A stretch of 62,656 nucleotides of DNA, counting the filler, from Squatina squatina (taxonomy: Eukaryota): NCBI GenBank assembly GCA_031763465.1. It is 3 parts of 3 records of this genome, joined end to end, with 100 filler letters (N's around TTAATTAATTAA, not from the genome) between each part and the next. Parts side by side here need not be neighbours in the genome. Positions count along the whole stretch, not along the records: positions 35,850 to 62,656 come from JARFOE010000001.1; 2 more parts are not named here. One strand, given 5' to 3'. Position 1 is the stretch's first letter, and every line of letters starts with the position of its first letter. The position numbers were made by a program, and so were the translations under genes. Shown piece after piece: positions 46,330 to 60,761 of the stretch. The notes beneath the pieces are model-generated. The model saw nothing but the letters and a program-made list of their open reading frames with translations, was not told the origin of the DNA and did not search any database.

Positions 46330-46913
46330 GGGTGGGGGGTGAAAAGGCAAAGAACCACATAAATGACCAATTCAGAAACTCAGTGCAAAGTGGTCATGTG
46401 ATACCAAACTGGGAAGGGCAGGGGAATCAGAAGAGGCAATTCAGAAATTACAGAATGAGCTGGACTAAATATGCAAGTGGGCAGAATAAATTTAAAATTT
46501 AATGTAGACAATTGTGAAGTGCCTCACATCGGAAGGGAAAACAGATTGCACGCATGCTCCATGAATTGTTAAGTATGATCCTGAAAAAGACCTTAAAGTC
46601 TTGACAGTAAACATGTCCAACCAATGCAGAACAGCAAAAAACAAATTTTAACGGCATAGTCAAAAAGTAGAATACAAGCCCGAGGAAGTAATGATCAATG
46701 TTATAGTCCTCTATTCAAGGTATTGAAAAATGTTAACCAAGATTATTACTTAAAATTACAGGAATAGAACTAGCAGACATGGATTCAAACTAGTAAAAGG
46801 TATTTGTAGGACTGATATCAGGAAATTCTTCTTCACACAGAGTAATCAACGTGTAGATTAGACTCGCGTTGAAAATTGGAGGCAAAAATCCTGAGATCAT
46901 TCACAAAACAATT
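46330..46913 (+). mobile_element. Old CR1 fragment
   Basis: ataccaaactggga...aaatttaatgtagacaattgtgaagtg...ttcttcttcacacagag CR1 motifs. Confidence 0.65.
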
Positions 46914-47627
46914 GGGCCCCATTGGGACGCTCACTGGGCATTTCTTGCGCCGGTGCCTGCCCTGCCCCCACGGAATTCAGTGATCCAGGACACCTGCAAG
47001 GGGTAGTTCGCTCCCGGTTGCAACTGGGGTGGCTGGCAGGCCTTCCTTAAAAGGGAGGGCCACTGGCCATCCTGACAGCGCCCCGTGGCCGGACACTGGG
47101 CCACTAGTGATGCCAGCGACCAGACCACCAGCCAGCATGCCGACTATGAAGTCAGCTGAAAAATAAAGATGGCAGCCGCAGGCACAGGCCCTCCCCTTTA
47201 AGTGCCGCTGCAACAGCCCGGTGCCACAGCCGCCTCCCGCAGGTGAATTCCGCCAGCGAGACGCAAACTGGCAGCAAAGGGCGTTGCGGCTGCACAGTGA
47301 GGGTCGGCACACATTTTGATGACGTCACTCNNNNNNNNNNNNNNNNNNNNNNNNNNNNNNNNNNNNNNNNNNNNNNNNNNNNNNNNNNNNNNNNNNNNNN
47401 NNNNNNNNNNNNNNNNNNNNNNNNNNNNNNGTGACCTCCTGCCGCCCGAATTTAATGGCCAGGCAGCTGCTTGCTGCCGACGTCCCTCACATTCTGGGTT
47501 GGAAGTCAGCTAGCGGAATGTTAATGAGGCACGGCCATTAAAATTTCCCAAACCTCCCTGCTACAGCCCCTGGATGGGTCAGCCACTCGCTTTGCTGCGT
47601 TCTTGCCCAGGAGTTAAAATTGAACCC
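46914..47627. mobile_element. GC-rich non-autonomous DNA transposon (Harbinger-like) fragments
   Basis: Abrupt GC/CpG-rich island ending in TIR-like aaaattgaaccc; similar style to 49375-49540, 57303-57580 and 60040-60465. Confidence 0.5.
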
Positions 47628-48344
47628 AATGTTTGTTGACTTCAGAGGATTTAAACAATACAAACACCACCTTGCTGACAGGTTTCTTAGGGAGATTAAT
47701 CATTAAATAAGTCTTAGCAAAGAGCACTCACACAGGCTTGACTCACAATTTCATTCATGTAAAGCACCCATGCTGTTTTCAAATAAGTACATGATGTGGA
47801 ATGCAGTGCATGCACACGCTGCTGGTTGCTTGGCATGATCACTGATCACATGCACCACACTGGCTATTTTGTACATTACTGGTACCATGGGACATGCTCA
47901 AAGGTTTCATCTGACATTTCCTGTTGAGAAATAAATTCCAACTGAAAGTCAAAACAACTGCAAAAAGTATTGAATTTAGTTTCAAACAGAACAAAAGAAG
48001 GACTTTTACTAACTTATATAACCTGTAATTTAAACTGAACCATATGAAGAAGTTGAATCCTTAACTTAATAAAAGCAGCCAATATGGTACATGATTGAAA
48101 ACAGTATTGTTTTATTAAAAGAGTATTTCAGGATAGGAAATATGTTGGTCCATGTTAAACATGTGACATCACTGAGCAACAGAAATACATAGGGCAATTA
48201 TTTTTTAAATTTTCAGCTTTCATTTTAAGTTTTCAACTTGTTTTAATTCCTCATTGGAAATCGGTGGGTGGGTTACCTGAGATTTTTTCATAACTCTCCC
48301 ACTGTATATTGAAACCCTGCAGCAGATGCAGCCAATTTTACCCC

Positions 48345-48671
48345 AAGAAGTTGAAAGGAGAAGTGAAGAGGGAAGTAAGACTGACAAAGAGAGAATATGA
48401 GAATCGAATGGCAGTTAACATAAAAAGGAACCCAAAAATCATCTGCCGGCATGTAAATAGTAAGCGGATAGTAAGAGGAGGGGTGGGGCCTATTAGGGAC
48501 AAAGAAGGGCAAGGCTAGAATACTTTGTATCAATGTTTACTAAGGAAGAGGATGCTGACAAAACATCGGTAGAAGCAGAGATAGTAGAGGTAATGAATGG
48601 GGTGAAAATTGATAGGCAGGATGTACTGGAAAGGTTGGCTTGCGTCCCAGGTTACTAAGGGAAGTGGGGGT
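48345..48671 (+). mobile_element. CR1 ORF2 mid fragment
   Basis: KREVRLTKREYENRMAVNIKRNPK..HVNSKRIVRGGVGPIRD. Confidence 0.85.
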
Positions 48672-50599
48672 NNNNNNNNNNNNNNNNNNNNNNNNNNNNN
48701 NNNNNNNNNNNNNNNNNNNNNNNNNNNNNNNNNNNNNNNNNNNNNNNNNNNNNNNNNNNNNNNNNNNNNNNGTAAAACACTGAAAATGCTTGACAGTAAG
48801 CTAGCTTCAAAATTATTAACAAACTAAAAATAAGTCATCAAGAAATGTCATCATCATGCGATGTTAAATAGCTCTCAGAAGTGCAGGGATGAGGGACTTC
48901 AGTTATGTGGAAAGATTGGAGAAGCTGGGATTCATTCCCTTCGCATCCTGAGTAATTTTATAAAAATATTCAACTTTTGTTGCTAGCAATGGCAAATTTG
49001 ATCCGGTAGCCAGATATTTATCCAAATGACTTACTTGCACTTAAAATTCAGTCAGGATTCTCCAACAGCACTGCAAAGGTTTCAAACAGGAGGCAAGCCT
49101 CGTCATTTTTACATTAGTTTTTGTTTTGTTTCTGGTGTGTAGTTTCCCCATATCAGTGTCTGGAGATTTGATGTGTCTCACAATGGGGCGGTGTTTGATT
49201 TCAGCCCTGTTTTTGAAAAGACATCTGGAGCTGGGTGTCCAGTTGCCACATGTTTGGTCTGAAAGATTGGTCTCTGTTTTAGTTTTGACTGTTTAAAGTG
49301 CACAAATGCTTTGTCAACTTGCGGAAACTTATTTTTGAAGGAAGAAAATTGAAGGGCTAAATATATAAAATATCGGGAGGGAGTTTAACTCGCAGCAGGT
49401 TTCCCATGCCCAAGTGCTGGTTTCAGTGTGTTTCCTGCCCACCCACCGGCCCACCTGCAGCAGTCTGAGGTCACCGTGGGTTTAGCCACCGGGTTTCAAT
49501 CATGCCACGAGGAAGCGGCTGGCAGTCTCCGGAACATCAGNNNNNNNNNNNNNNNNNNNNNNNNNNNNNNNNNNNNNNNNNNNNNNNNNNNNNNNNNNNN
49601 NNNNNNNNNNNNNNNNNNNNNNNNNNNNNNNNNNNNNNNNTTCCTTGGGAGCAAAAATAGAATGCCAATGGCTGTTGAAAAAAGTCAGCAATAGCAGTGA
49701 GGAAAATGTTTTTTCTCTTCCAATGCTGGTTGCTCCATTGCCGCTTCACCTCCAGACTGTAAACCTGCAGAGTTACCAGATTCCAAGATTTATGATGCAC
49801 CTTAACAGCATGGCCTCTGCATTGTTCAAACATGCCTTGAAGGCCCACTTTCTCAGCATGTACAGCTGGCAGAGAACCTTATATAGTGAATAAGTTTAAT
49901 AATATTGTAGTGCAATGAATTACTTTTAACTGATGTGTGAAATACGCCGTGCCTGCACTTTCCTAACATGCATAACTGACAAGCAAGGTTCCCTCCGACA
50001 ATGCTTTTTGGCAAAGTCAGCCCTGCAGACTCCAGTAAAACAGATGTTGCGACACGTCAGCAACATTAGGTGACTGTTGGTCCTTCATCACCTTGGCCAC
50101 ACATCCAGACTGTGGGGGAGGAGGGAACTGGCAAACATTTCAGACCCTTCAGAACATCAGTATGGTATGGAAATGTAATCTTCCAGTTGCACAACCAAAT
50201 GATAATATATTTGGCAGGCAGAGCTGATGGGTGGGACTTACAGTGAATCCACTCAAAACAGTGGTCTGAACTCAGCAAGCTCAGAGCACTTGTGAGTCCT
50301 CTGAAGCCGGTCTGTAGGGATCATGGGCACAGGCACTCTATGGTTGAGGCATCGCTCCATTCAGCTCTGGAACATATATTGAGTCCTCATGAAGCTAATC
50401 AGATGTGTCTTTGTAACACCTGTAAATAGAAATGGTTTTGTTGAAAATGTTGTTCAAAAATTTCCATTATATATGTTGTTATATCTATGCGGCGTTGAGC
50501 ATACCGATTACTTTTCTTCACAAAATTTTGTTTTAATTCAAATATTTTTATTTGTTTTATGTTAAAACATTACAGTGAAGTTGACTACCAAAGTATTAC

Positions 50600-51384
50600 A
50601 AAGTATTTACAGCACAGAAATAGGCCATTCGGCCCAACTGGTCCATGCCGGTGTTTACACTCCACACAAGCCTCCTCTCACCCCTTCTCATCTCACCCCA
50701 TCAACATATCCTTCTATTCTTTTCTCCCTCATGTGCTTATCTAGCCTCCCCTTGAATGCATCTATGCTATTAGCCTCAACCACTCCCTGTGGTAGTGTGT
50801 TCCACATTCTAACCACACTCTCGGTAAAGCAGTTTCTCCTGAATTCCCGTTGGACTTATTAGTGACTATCTTATAATTATGGCCCCTAGTTCTGGTCTTG
50901 CCCACAAGTGGAAACATCTCTATGTCTACCCTATTAAACCCTTTCATAAACTCGAAGACGTCTATCAGGTCACCCCTCAGTCTTCTCTTTCTGGAGAAAA
51001 AAGCTCCAGCCTCTTCATTCTTTCCTGATGGGTATAACTGCTCAATTCTGGTATCATTGTAGTAAATCGTTTTTGCACCTTCTCCAGTACCTCTATGTCC
51101 TTTTTATAATTTGGAGACCAGAACTGTTCACAGTACTCCAAGTATGGTTTAGCCAAAGTTCTATACAAATTTAACATAACTTCTCTGGTTTTCAATTCTA
51201 TTCCTATAGAAATGAACTCTGATGCTTTGTTTGCTTATTTATGGCCTTTATTAGTGTGTATTACTACTTTTAAATGATCTGTGTATCTGTACCCCCAAAA
51301 CCCTCTGTTCCTCTACCCCATTTATAGATGTATTTTCGAAGGAATATATGGTCTCCTTATTATTGCTACCAAAATGTAATACCT
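50600..51384 (-). mobile_element. CR1 LINE, 3' portion of about 780 bp
   Basis: EVMLNLYRTLAKPYLEYCEQFWSPNYKKDIEVLEKVQKRFTTMIPEL; MKGFNRVD..FPLVGKTRTRGH; followed by the 3' UTR. Confidence 0.92.
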
Positions 51385-51719
51385 NNNNNNNNNNNNNNNN
51401 NNNNNNNNNNNNNNNNNNNNNNNNNNNNNNNNNNNNNNNNNNNNNNNNNNNNNNNNNNNNNNNNNNNNNNNNNNNNNNNNNNNNTTACACCTGGTGTCTG
51501 GCATTATGCAGGGAAACTCCACAGGGGTCTGCTTGCCTAGACCACTTCAGGACTTCATTTTGAAGAGGACTGAGTTATGGGAAAAGACTTAAGAAACTTG
51601 GCCATAAAACCGCGATGACTCAGAGATGTCCTCATAGAGTATATAAGATCGAAAATAGTATAAAAAATTTAAATCCAGAAAGGTACTTTAAACACTAGGA
51701 CAAGGGCCACAGGAATTCA

Positions 51720-51915
51720 GAAAGAATTTACATTTATACAGAATCTTTCGCAACCTCAGGACATCCCATCGCGCTTCACAGCTAATTAAGTACTTTTGAA
51801 GTGTAGTTGTTGTTGTAATGTAGCTAATTTACACACAGCAAAGTCCCATGAACAGCAGTCAGATAATCTCTTTTAATGACATTGATTGAGAAATAACTGT
51901 TCGTCAGAGTAACAG
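51720..51915 (-). mobile_element. DeuSINE 3' half
   Basis: caacctcaggacatccc..aagtacttttgaagtgtagt..acagcaaagtccca. Confidence 0.8.
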
Positions 51916-52600
51916 GAACATGGTTGCCAAGCTATGGAGGAAGAGATTAGTCGGGGTGACCAAAAGCTTGGTTGATAATATTGGGTTTGAGAAGATTGTT
52001 AATAGAGGAGAGAAAAGTAAAGAGGTACATGATTTTAGGGAAGGAATGCTAGAGAGTGGGATCGATGCAGTTTAAGCCTCTACCTTCAATCGTATACAAA
52101 GGGAGGGTGAAATACATTAAAGAAGAAGCCCGCCATTTCCTTCACAATGCAACTAGGGATGGACAATAAAGATGACCTTGCCAGCATCACTGACATCCTG
52201 AGAACAAACTATTAAAAAGGCCAAAGTCAGAGACGAAAAAGTGTCGGGGATTATAAGGCTGGAGGACGTTGCAGTGTTAGGGTGAGGCAAGCCTGTGAAG
52301 CGATTTGAAGAGAAGTTGAACAGCCTTTGCATTCTGTATCTATCTTGTGAGCTTGTGAATTTCATATGAATGCATTAAGCATTCATACACTGGTATTTCA
52401 GGCCAGAATTGCAACAAATCCCAACATTTCTTCATTTACCAAAGTTCATCATTAAATAACTATACACAAAGGAGCTCATTTTCAAACTTGACATTCACGC
52501 NNNNNNNNNNNNNNNNNNNNNNNNNNNNNNNNNNNNNNNNNNNNNNNNNNNNNNNNNNNNNNNNNNNNNNNNNNNNNNNNNNNNNNNNNNNNNNNNNNNN

Positions 52601-53120
52601 GCACAGAAAACCTGAGGGGAGTGAACTGTCAAGTACAGGTACATATAGGGCTGGAGGAAATTGCAGGGATGGTTGGCTGCAGGATGGATTAAAGACAAGA
52701 ACTATGATTTTAATTTTAATATGTTGCAGGACACGGAGCCAATGTAGATCACAAGAATGGAATTTTGGGTGAGCAGGACATAGTGCAGGACAAGGTGCTT
52801 GTGGCAGAGGTTTGGACAAGTTGGAGTTAATAAAGATAGAGAAAGGGAGGCCAGCAAGGCGAATATTTTGGTGGAAAGAATGAGGAGAGGAAATATAAAC
52901 TAAAGGGTATATGTGCACAAATCATTGAAAGTGGCAGGGCAGGTTGAAAAAGTGGTTAAAAAATCTTGAGAGATCCTGGGCTTCATGAATAGAGGTATAG
53001 CGTGGATATTATGATGAACCTGTATAAAACACTCAATTCTGGGCAGCGCACTTTGCAAAGGATGTGAAGGCCTTAGCGAAGGTGTAGAAAAGATTTACCA
53101 GAATGATTCCAGGGATGAGG
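52601..53120. mobile_element. L2 fragment (-, 52601-52860) followed by a CR1 fragment (+, 52870-53120)
   Basis: LHWLRVLQHIKIKIIVLVF on the minus strand; aacctgtataaaacact..ggatgtgaaggccttag..agatttaccagaatgattccagggatgag on the plus strand. Confidence 0.7.
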
Positions 53121-53159
53121 TGGTGGTTGGTGGTGCTCTCCTTACAGCAGAGAAGATTG

Positions 53160-53243
53160 AGTCTCTTACACTGTTCCAGTGAAGCTCAATGTAAGCTCGA
53201 GGAACAGCATCTCATCTTTCGATTAGGCACTTTAGAAACTTCT
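53160..53243 (+). mobile_element. Penelope-like element, GIY-YIG endonuclease C-terminal fragment
   Basis: LLHCSSEAQCKLEEQHLIFRLGTL. Confidence 0.75.
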
Positions 53244-54449
53244 NNNNNNNNNNNNNNNNNNNNNNNNNNNNNNNNNNNNNNNNNNNNNNNNNNNNNNNNN
53301 NNNNNNNNNNNNNNNNNNNNNNNNNNNNNNNNNNNNNNNNNNNCCTGGTTGCTTCCATTATGTGACTCCTCTGTATGGTGCAGCAATGTGTAATTCAGTT
53401 TGTAGCACATTAGCAGATGTTTTGAATTAGTTGAGGTCTTGTAAATGCAGCAGAGCTCCTTTATATCCAATCTCACCTCTGGAGTAAGGGGTTGATTCTG
53501 CACTGCAGCAAAGTAACTCAATTTATGACCATATAAACATCCTGGTGCCACTAAATCACTCGCCCCCATTGTGGTGGTTTGTGCTGTTGAACATTCTGTT
53601 CGCTCATTTCCCTTACAAAGCAAGTTTTAATGTTTAGTTGCATATTGCTCATTAAAACCATCTGCATAGACCTCGTTGTTTAAGCAGAGCAAGGGGTGCT
53701 TTACTGAATTAGTTGCATATCCCATTGTAGAAGACAATTGGGCAAGGACAGGACAAAATGTCTTCCATTTTCTAAATAAATAGTTTCAACTTTGTTCTTG
53801 CAATTCACTATATCATCTCAATTCTTTTAACTTATCATAGCCTTTTAAAACACTTCTCTGTTTTGTATATAGTACATTCAAAAGTGTTGTAAATGTATTG
53901 GAAAATAGGATTATTTTGAATATAAATATCTGATTCAAATAAGCAGGACCAAGNNNNNNNNNNNNNNNNNNNNNNNNNNNNNNNNNNNNNNNNNNNNNNN
54001 NNNNNNNNNNNNNNNNNNNNNNNNNNNNNNNNNNNNNNNNNNNNNNNNNNNNNTGTTGTTTATCCTCATTGCTTAAAGGGAATATAATGTTTTTGAACTT
54101 GTCAGCTATTACATCAAATGGAAAGCAGACCCTGCCTCGCCCCAGAAATTTATTTTGCAAAAGTTTTCGTTCCGGTTTCAAAGCTGCGATTCAATAACAT
54201 GCTGGATAGCAGCATGATCGCGGCAGCATTTGGTGTAACCCTCGCACAGGATGGCACCGGGTATCATATTCACCACGGTTGTTATATTAGCCATTCCTCC
54301 ACAGAACAGCTACAGTCCCCCTCTGCAGCTGCACTGCCAGGCCCCCAGCCTTGGACTGATTCATGAGGAGAATTCACTGCAGCTGACGCCGGCCTCTGGG
54401 GCAGTGAAACAGTTAACATCAGACAAACAAACCTCAAAGTACTTTAATT

Positions 54450-55053
54450 GTTCCAGCTGACGGGCCGGCGCGGTGATCTTGAGAATGTTTGAGCAGTGAG
54501 CTATTCGAGCAGAAGGGGTTGTCCCCGAAGCACCGGCTGGTAACCTCGATTGGTGCTGCCAGTTGCCTGTGAAATCTGAAACCAAAGGCAGAGACTGAAG
54601 ACTGTCAGTACAGTGCTGGCTATTGCAGCCTGGTCTAGTATACACACGCACACAGAGACACGCCATCAGCTAGACACACAGACAAACAAACACACTTTGC
54701 CTGTCTCTCCCCCAGTAAACTCCTGCATCTTCACTCTCTGCAAACGCTGGCACTTTTCAAGTGAATGTCACTGCACTCCAGAGCAGTAATAAGGTAGCGG
54801 GAGAGCAGCTTCCCCCTTCACCCCCTGGGAGTTTGTCGATACAGATGGTCTGAACAGTCAAAAGGGAAGAGAGAGAGTAAGGGGGGGGAAAAACTTTTTA
54901 CCGAAGTGACAGCTTATTTTAGATCTACGTCCTCTCTGGGCTGGTGGTTCTGCTGCAGGGTTTATGGCTGTGAATTCTTCGGGTGTGTGAGCACTTCTCC
55001 ACTTTCTCGCTCCCAGTTCTGATCCAGTGTCCACTCTCCTCGTCAGCCCCACG
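54450..55053 (+). promoter_or_regulatory. Probable promoter and non-coding first exon of ARHGAP24
   Basis: Non-repeat, GC/CpG-elevated stretch with CA/GA-rich UTR-like sequence ending at a donor ACG|gtaggt (55053). The downstream ATG exon has an acceptor, so it requires an upstream exon. Confidence 0.4.
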
Positions 55054-57149
55054 GTAGGTGCATTTTACAGTGCTATTTGTGTGTGGTTGAGTGTAAAGGT
55101 CGAATTGGCCAGACAGGAGCCCTTGCTGCATACCAGGAAGCAGCCGGTGTGTGCCGACGGTGCTGTGTTGTATTCGATGGCATTGGGCAATGTTGCTGTT
55201 ACTGTGTTTCAATAATTGATTAGGTTAGATTAGCTCAGCAGTTTCTGTCCCGACTGTGCTGTGTACCTAATCCGAACACAAATCAGAAAGGACCTTTATG
55301 CAGTGTATTCTGTGGAACCGAGAATCCTTCAGCTTTCTGTAAATTGACCTTGACATGGTATCATTTTATCTGTGCGCCTGCAGTGGGTGATCGTATCCAC
55401 TAATTGAGCGTTAACTGTGGCACTAATAGTAGGTATCCATCTCGTAATACCTTTTTGTTGTATTGCAGATGTCACCATGGTGTCCCATGTCATTGGCACC
55501 TATGTGAAGCATTCTCTGTCGTCTCCTTTGTTGTCAGAATAAAATGCATGAAACTTCAGATTAAACAAGATCTTGTTAAAACTCTTGATCCAGAGTCAGT
55601 AGAACTGGTATGTGTGTGNNNNNNNNNNNNNNNNNNNNNNNNNNNNNNNNNNNNNNNNNNNNNNNNNNNNNNNNNNNNNNNNNNNNNNNNNNNNNNNNNN
55701 NNNNNNNNNNNNNNNNNNAATGCATCTAGATGTGCAGATACATAAATTGCTAAAATGTGAATGGTCAGGTTAAAAAGAAAAATCAAATAAGGTTCAGCGG
55801 TTATAAGAGGGAATCGGTATAAAAACAAAGAGGTCACGATGACTATGTACAAAGAAATAGTTATGCCACATCTGGAATGCTGTATGCAATTTTGAACTCC
55901 TCACTATAGGAGAATGTGTTGAGGCTGATTATTTTGTCTCCTCACACCTGGACATCATACAGGTGAAGTACACACAAAGTGCTTTCCACCTGCAATAGCC
56001 AGAATCCATTAATCTTTCTGGATGCCCTAGTACAACACTAACCCTGGCATGGTCTAGCATGGGAAGGTGAGGATGGAAATTATATGTGAGAAGTCAAGAA
56101 AATGGGATTAGTTTGGGATGAAAGCAGGAAAATGTATAAATTTAACCCTGAGAGCAGCCAAAATTCAATGTCCCTCGTGTGTTAAGAAGATTTTGTTTCT
56201 GTGTTTCATTATGTAAAGTTAGCTAGGCCCACAACCTCTGAGCTTACTGGAAAAATAGCTGAAATAACTATTTTCAGTGCAAAGAAAAAGGGAANNNNNN
56301 NNNNNNNNNNNNNNNNNNNNNNNNNNNNNNNNNNNNNNNNNNNNNNNNNNNNNNNNNNNNNNNNNNNNNNNNNNNNNNNNNNNNNNNNNNNNNNTGTAGT
56401 GCTTTAAACTATTTAAGTAGCTGCTTCAAATTTCCATCTTTTTCAGGATGGTATTGTAATTGATAAAATGTAATGTTTTACTTTGACGTAAGTGGGGGGG
56501 TTATTCAGCTATAATAATTTCATAGTCAAGAATCCAGAATTCTTAGGTTAGAAAACCAGTAGGCAGGAGGGAGTTAAAATCTGAACGAGGTTCATACTGC
56601 TCTTTGAATGTTCCACCTGCCTGTAGAATTTGATCAAAGACAAATTAAAACACTACACTGAGACGGCAGTGTCTTTTCTACTCAATTTACCTCAAAGTTC
56701 GGCTATGGACATGTCCGAATATTATAAATAATACATGTAGTTTGTTCAGCAGAATGCCTGATATTTTATTCATCAGTCCAGCAGTAGAAGAGGCTGACAG
56801 TATACCTTTATAATGCTCTTTGGCTTCCTGCTTATAACGTTAGAACAGGCGTTGAGCTTCAGGGTTTGAGAAACAAAGATGCTGCTAAGTCCGCGGTTGA
56901 GAATCACCAGACAAGGTAGTCTCACTCTGTTTTACTTCAGTCAATTTGAGTTTTGATGCCCAATTTACACTAACTGGCCTGGATTACGATAAACAGAATC
57001 ACATTAAACTTGATTTAACTGTATTCAGATGCGTTTGATCATGAGACGTTCAGTCAATTTTAATATCGTTTTCAAAGACTGTGACAGATAACATAACTAT
57101 GATGCCACTGTTATTAATGTAATACACTGTACATTACATTATGTGTCCT

Positions 57150-57256
57150 ATATTAAAACAATGATTACACTCCAAATGTACTGGATTGGTTGTCAAATGC
57201 TTTGGGACGTCCTAAGGATGTGAAAGGTGCTACATAATTGCAAGGCCTTTCTTTAT
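57150..57256 (+). mobile_element. DeuSINE 3' tail
   Basis: tgctttgggacgtcctaaggatgtgaaaggtgctacataattgcaag. Confidence 0.75.
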
Positions 57257-60200
57257 AGGATGCTTTCCATTGAATAGTATCCTCTGTATTTAGTAATGTT
57301 TTGGGGCGAAATTCAGCGTTCCTGATTGCCCGGGGTGCACCCCCGGGACGGGTTCCCTGGGCGGTCAGCTGTTGGCGGCGCTCTGGCTAGCTGCGGCAGG
57401 AATCAGGGGCCGGGTAGTGGCGGCATTGACAGGCAGCACCCCACTCCCAGCCTGAGGCACTGTGATCAGCGGCACATGGTCATCGTGCGCAGCGCCCCGT
57501 GAGTGACCTGGCAGAGAACTGGAGATTAAAAACGATAATGGTGCCTGTCGATGCAGAGTCGGCACCCGGATATGTCGGCCTTATTTAAACATGAGTGTTG
57601 CAGTCACCTTCTGAGGTGCCAGTAACAATGTGAATTGTAAAGAGTAGTTATTAAAGGTCAGAGATATATGTGAAAGAGTTCTTGAAAACCAACCTTGCAC
57701 TTTATTTAACTTTACTGCTTCTTCAAGGAAGGGCATTTGGCTGAAGATATCTTCCACATTCACTCTGTTCCTGCAGTGGATTGGCTGCTTTTGCAGTACC
57801 TGAGAAGGTATCNNNNNNNNNNNNNNNNNNNNNNNNNNNNNNNNNNNNNNNNNNNNNNNNNNNNNNNNNNNNNNNNNNNNNNNNNNNNNNNNNNNNNNNN
57901 NNNNNNNNNNNNCAGCAATATTCAACTTCATTTGTTAATTCATAGTGAGAACAATTTATGTTCTGTGTGATGGTTCAATTGCAAATGAACAACATAGAAT
58001 TTGTACTGATTGTCCATAGCAATGAGTATCTGCAGATCTGGTTTTAGATTAAATCAAAATGCTCGAAAGCTGAAATTTAAATTGAGTTTTGGATTTTTTG
58101 AGTTGGTTCAACCCTTGAAAACTGAAGTTCAGATTGCTGATTTTTTTTCTCATTTGAATTAGCTTTACTAATTTTTAATCACCAATTAAATTTCAACATT
58201 ACTGTTAATAAACAGAATGATTTTCATCTATCGCTTTTGAGTTGAAAGTACATCACTTATGGCTTGACTCATGGCCCATGTGTGTACAAAGGCATAATAA
58301 TTTACAAAAATTATACAATTAAAATAAAAGTTCCAGAAATACTACTGCAATTTCAATTTAGTTTATTCTGAGAATATATACTGGGAATTTAAAATTAAGA
58401 AACATTCTGTGCAGTTTTATGACATAAGAAAGAGCTTCAGAAATTTCCAGAAAATCGAGTTTGCAGGTAGGTGAAAGGTAAGAAGTGCATATTNNNNNNN
58501 NNNNNNNNNNNNNNNNNNNNNNNNNNNNNNNNNNNNNNNNNNNNNNNNNNNNNNNNNNNNNNNNNNNNNNNNNNNNNNNNNNNNNNNNNNNNNTCAGGAA
58601 AGAAATTAAATGTGAGAGCAGAGCTGGTAGTTGATTTAGATTCCATTTAAATCAACAGTCTTCATGTAATGAGGATTACAGTATTTCTAATCATACATTC
58701 TTCTGTCAAGACTTACAACACCATGCAGTACTTTTGTAATAATGTCCTTGTTCCTGATGTTGGCTTGAGATAGTACTGAAAGCCTTGGGGACAATTCATT
58801 ACTTCAATCTCATTGACTGGTGGCTGGAGATTAATTTTCAGATTCATATAGAGTTGATGGTACAAAGTGGTACTAGGGAGAACTGTACGTGCCAAGAATA
58901 ACTCTTGTACACAGAGAGATTTCTCTTCAAGAATAATCTCCAGGGAAACTTTTCAACCTCACTGCCTTGTAGGTAGGATATTTTTTGAGGAGTATTGCCA
59001 TAGGTGGCCTGGTGAAATAGCGCATGGAAGTGCCAGTGCAATGCACCATGAGCTGTTGAATCTGGGTTCATTCTTATGCTTCCCTACTGGAGGGTTCTGA
59101 GTATCAGTTGCACTTTTTTGGGAAGTGCAAGGTGGAGGTGGATTGCTTCCTCAGAGAAAACGAGGAAGCTGGTAATAACCAGCTACAGATTCAGATTGGT
59201 AAACACTTGACCTGAGGACCCCTGCTTGTCCTCTTGGTTGGCAATGGTGTGTGGCATTAGCAAAAGGCAAAAAGGTGAGCAAATACCTTAACTTACTCTC
59301 GCCGCCCCACAGNNNNNNNNNNNNNNNNNNNNNNNNNNNNNNNNNNNNNNNNNNNNNNNNNNNNNNNNNNNNNNNNNNNNNNNNNNNNNNNNNNNNNNNN
59401 NNNNNNNNNNNNTTTAATGAAAAGTCGATGGACAGGGTGGGGGCACTAATAAAATGCAGTTCAGGTGAATAAAGCTGCTTTGCATCTGCTGAGAATCACC
59501 AGTCTCGAGCATGAACTGGCTAAACGGACAACTCAAAAGTAGCTGGACAATGAGAATTATGAATAGAATATTAATCCCTTGTCATATCTATTCGTAGAAC
59601 TTTGCATTGTTTCTATTTTATCTTTTATAATATTTCAATGTCCACTATCCTGGCCTCTGCACCAGGTTCCTATATTCCACATACTTTTTTAAAATCTTTA
59701 TTTGCAAATTTATACCACATGTTTAAAATTAAAATATATTATTTCAGTACTGTTTTGATTTAGATTACTCTTAGCTGGGATTACTCTGCTGCAGGGGGAG
59801 CTAGAAAACTCGTATTATGCCGTGATTTAAAGCAGACAGTCTCCCACAGGGCGCTTTCCCTCCATCAACGCACCCTCCCCTCCAAAGTGTCGTTAGTGAA
59901 TTGCTAAACTGGAATGAATGTGTTTACATTTGTTAAATGTGCGAATGTTTACTTGTATTCATGAACTGAGTATTGTAAGTAAATTGAGACATCACTTTAA
60001 GGGAGGATTTTATTTTCTGTGCTGTGGTCACTTATACTTTGGGGCGAAATTGTCCCACGCCACGTCTGTGGGCAATAAGCAGCTGGGGACTGGACTTTCT
60101 GCAGAAGTCCTGCCCCCGACACCGATTTGGGCTTACCGTCCTGGAAAGGGAGTGGAGCACTGTCTCCGGCGCTCCGCTGCCTTTGGGGGCAATAATAGGG

Positions 60201-60761
60201 CGGTGCCGAGGTGTGTTGTGCAGCGCTCTGCATAGAACTGATGCGCTACAATGCCCCTCCCCTTGAATTAAAGGGAGGGCCGCTGCGCACTCTGCATGGC
60301 CTCTAGCGCTGCCACTGAGCCACCCAGGGACGGTGCGACTGGGCCAGCAGCCCATCATCATAGTCGGTGTTCCGAGCTGCATGATGGCAGTCCCTGGGTT
60401 AGGGCCACCATCGGTCGGCCGACAGAAAAATGGCGGCCTGGGGCGCTCATGCCCTCTCCTTTAGGNNNNNNNNNNNNNNNNNNNNNNNNNNNNNNNNNNN
60501 NNNNNNNNNNNNNNNNNNNNNNNNNNNNNNNNNNNNNNNNNNNNNNNNNNNNNNNNNNNNNNNNNCACGGACTGCAGCGGTTCAAGAAGGAGGCTCATCA
60601 CCACCTTCTCGAGGGGAATTAGTGATGGGCAATAAATGCTGGACTTGCCAGCGATGCCCACATCCCGTGAATGAATTTTAAAAAATTGCTTGTGGTTTTT
60701 CAGATGATACGATGTTTTATAAAAAACAGCAGAAATTACACCAAGTAAGGCACAATATATT

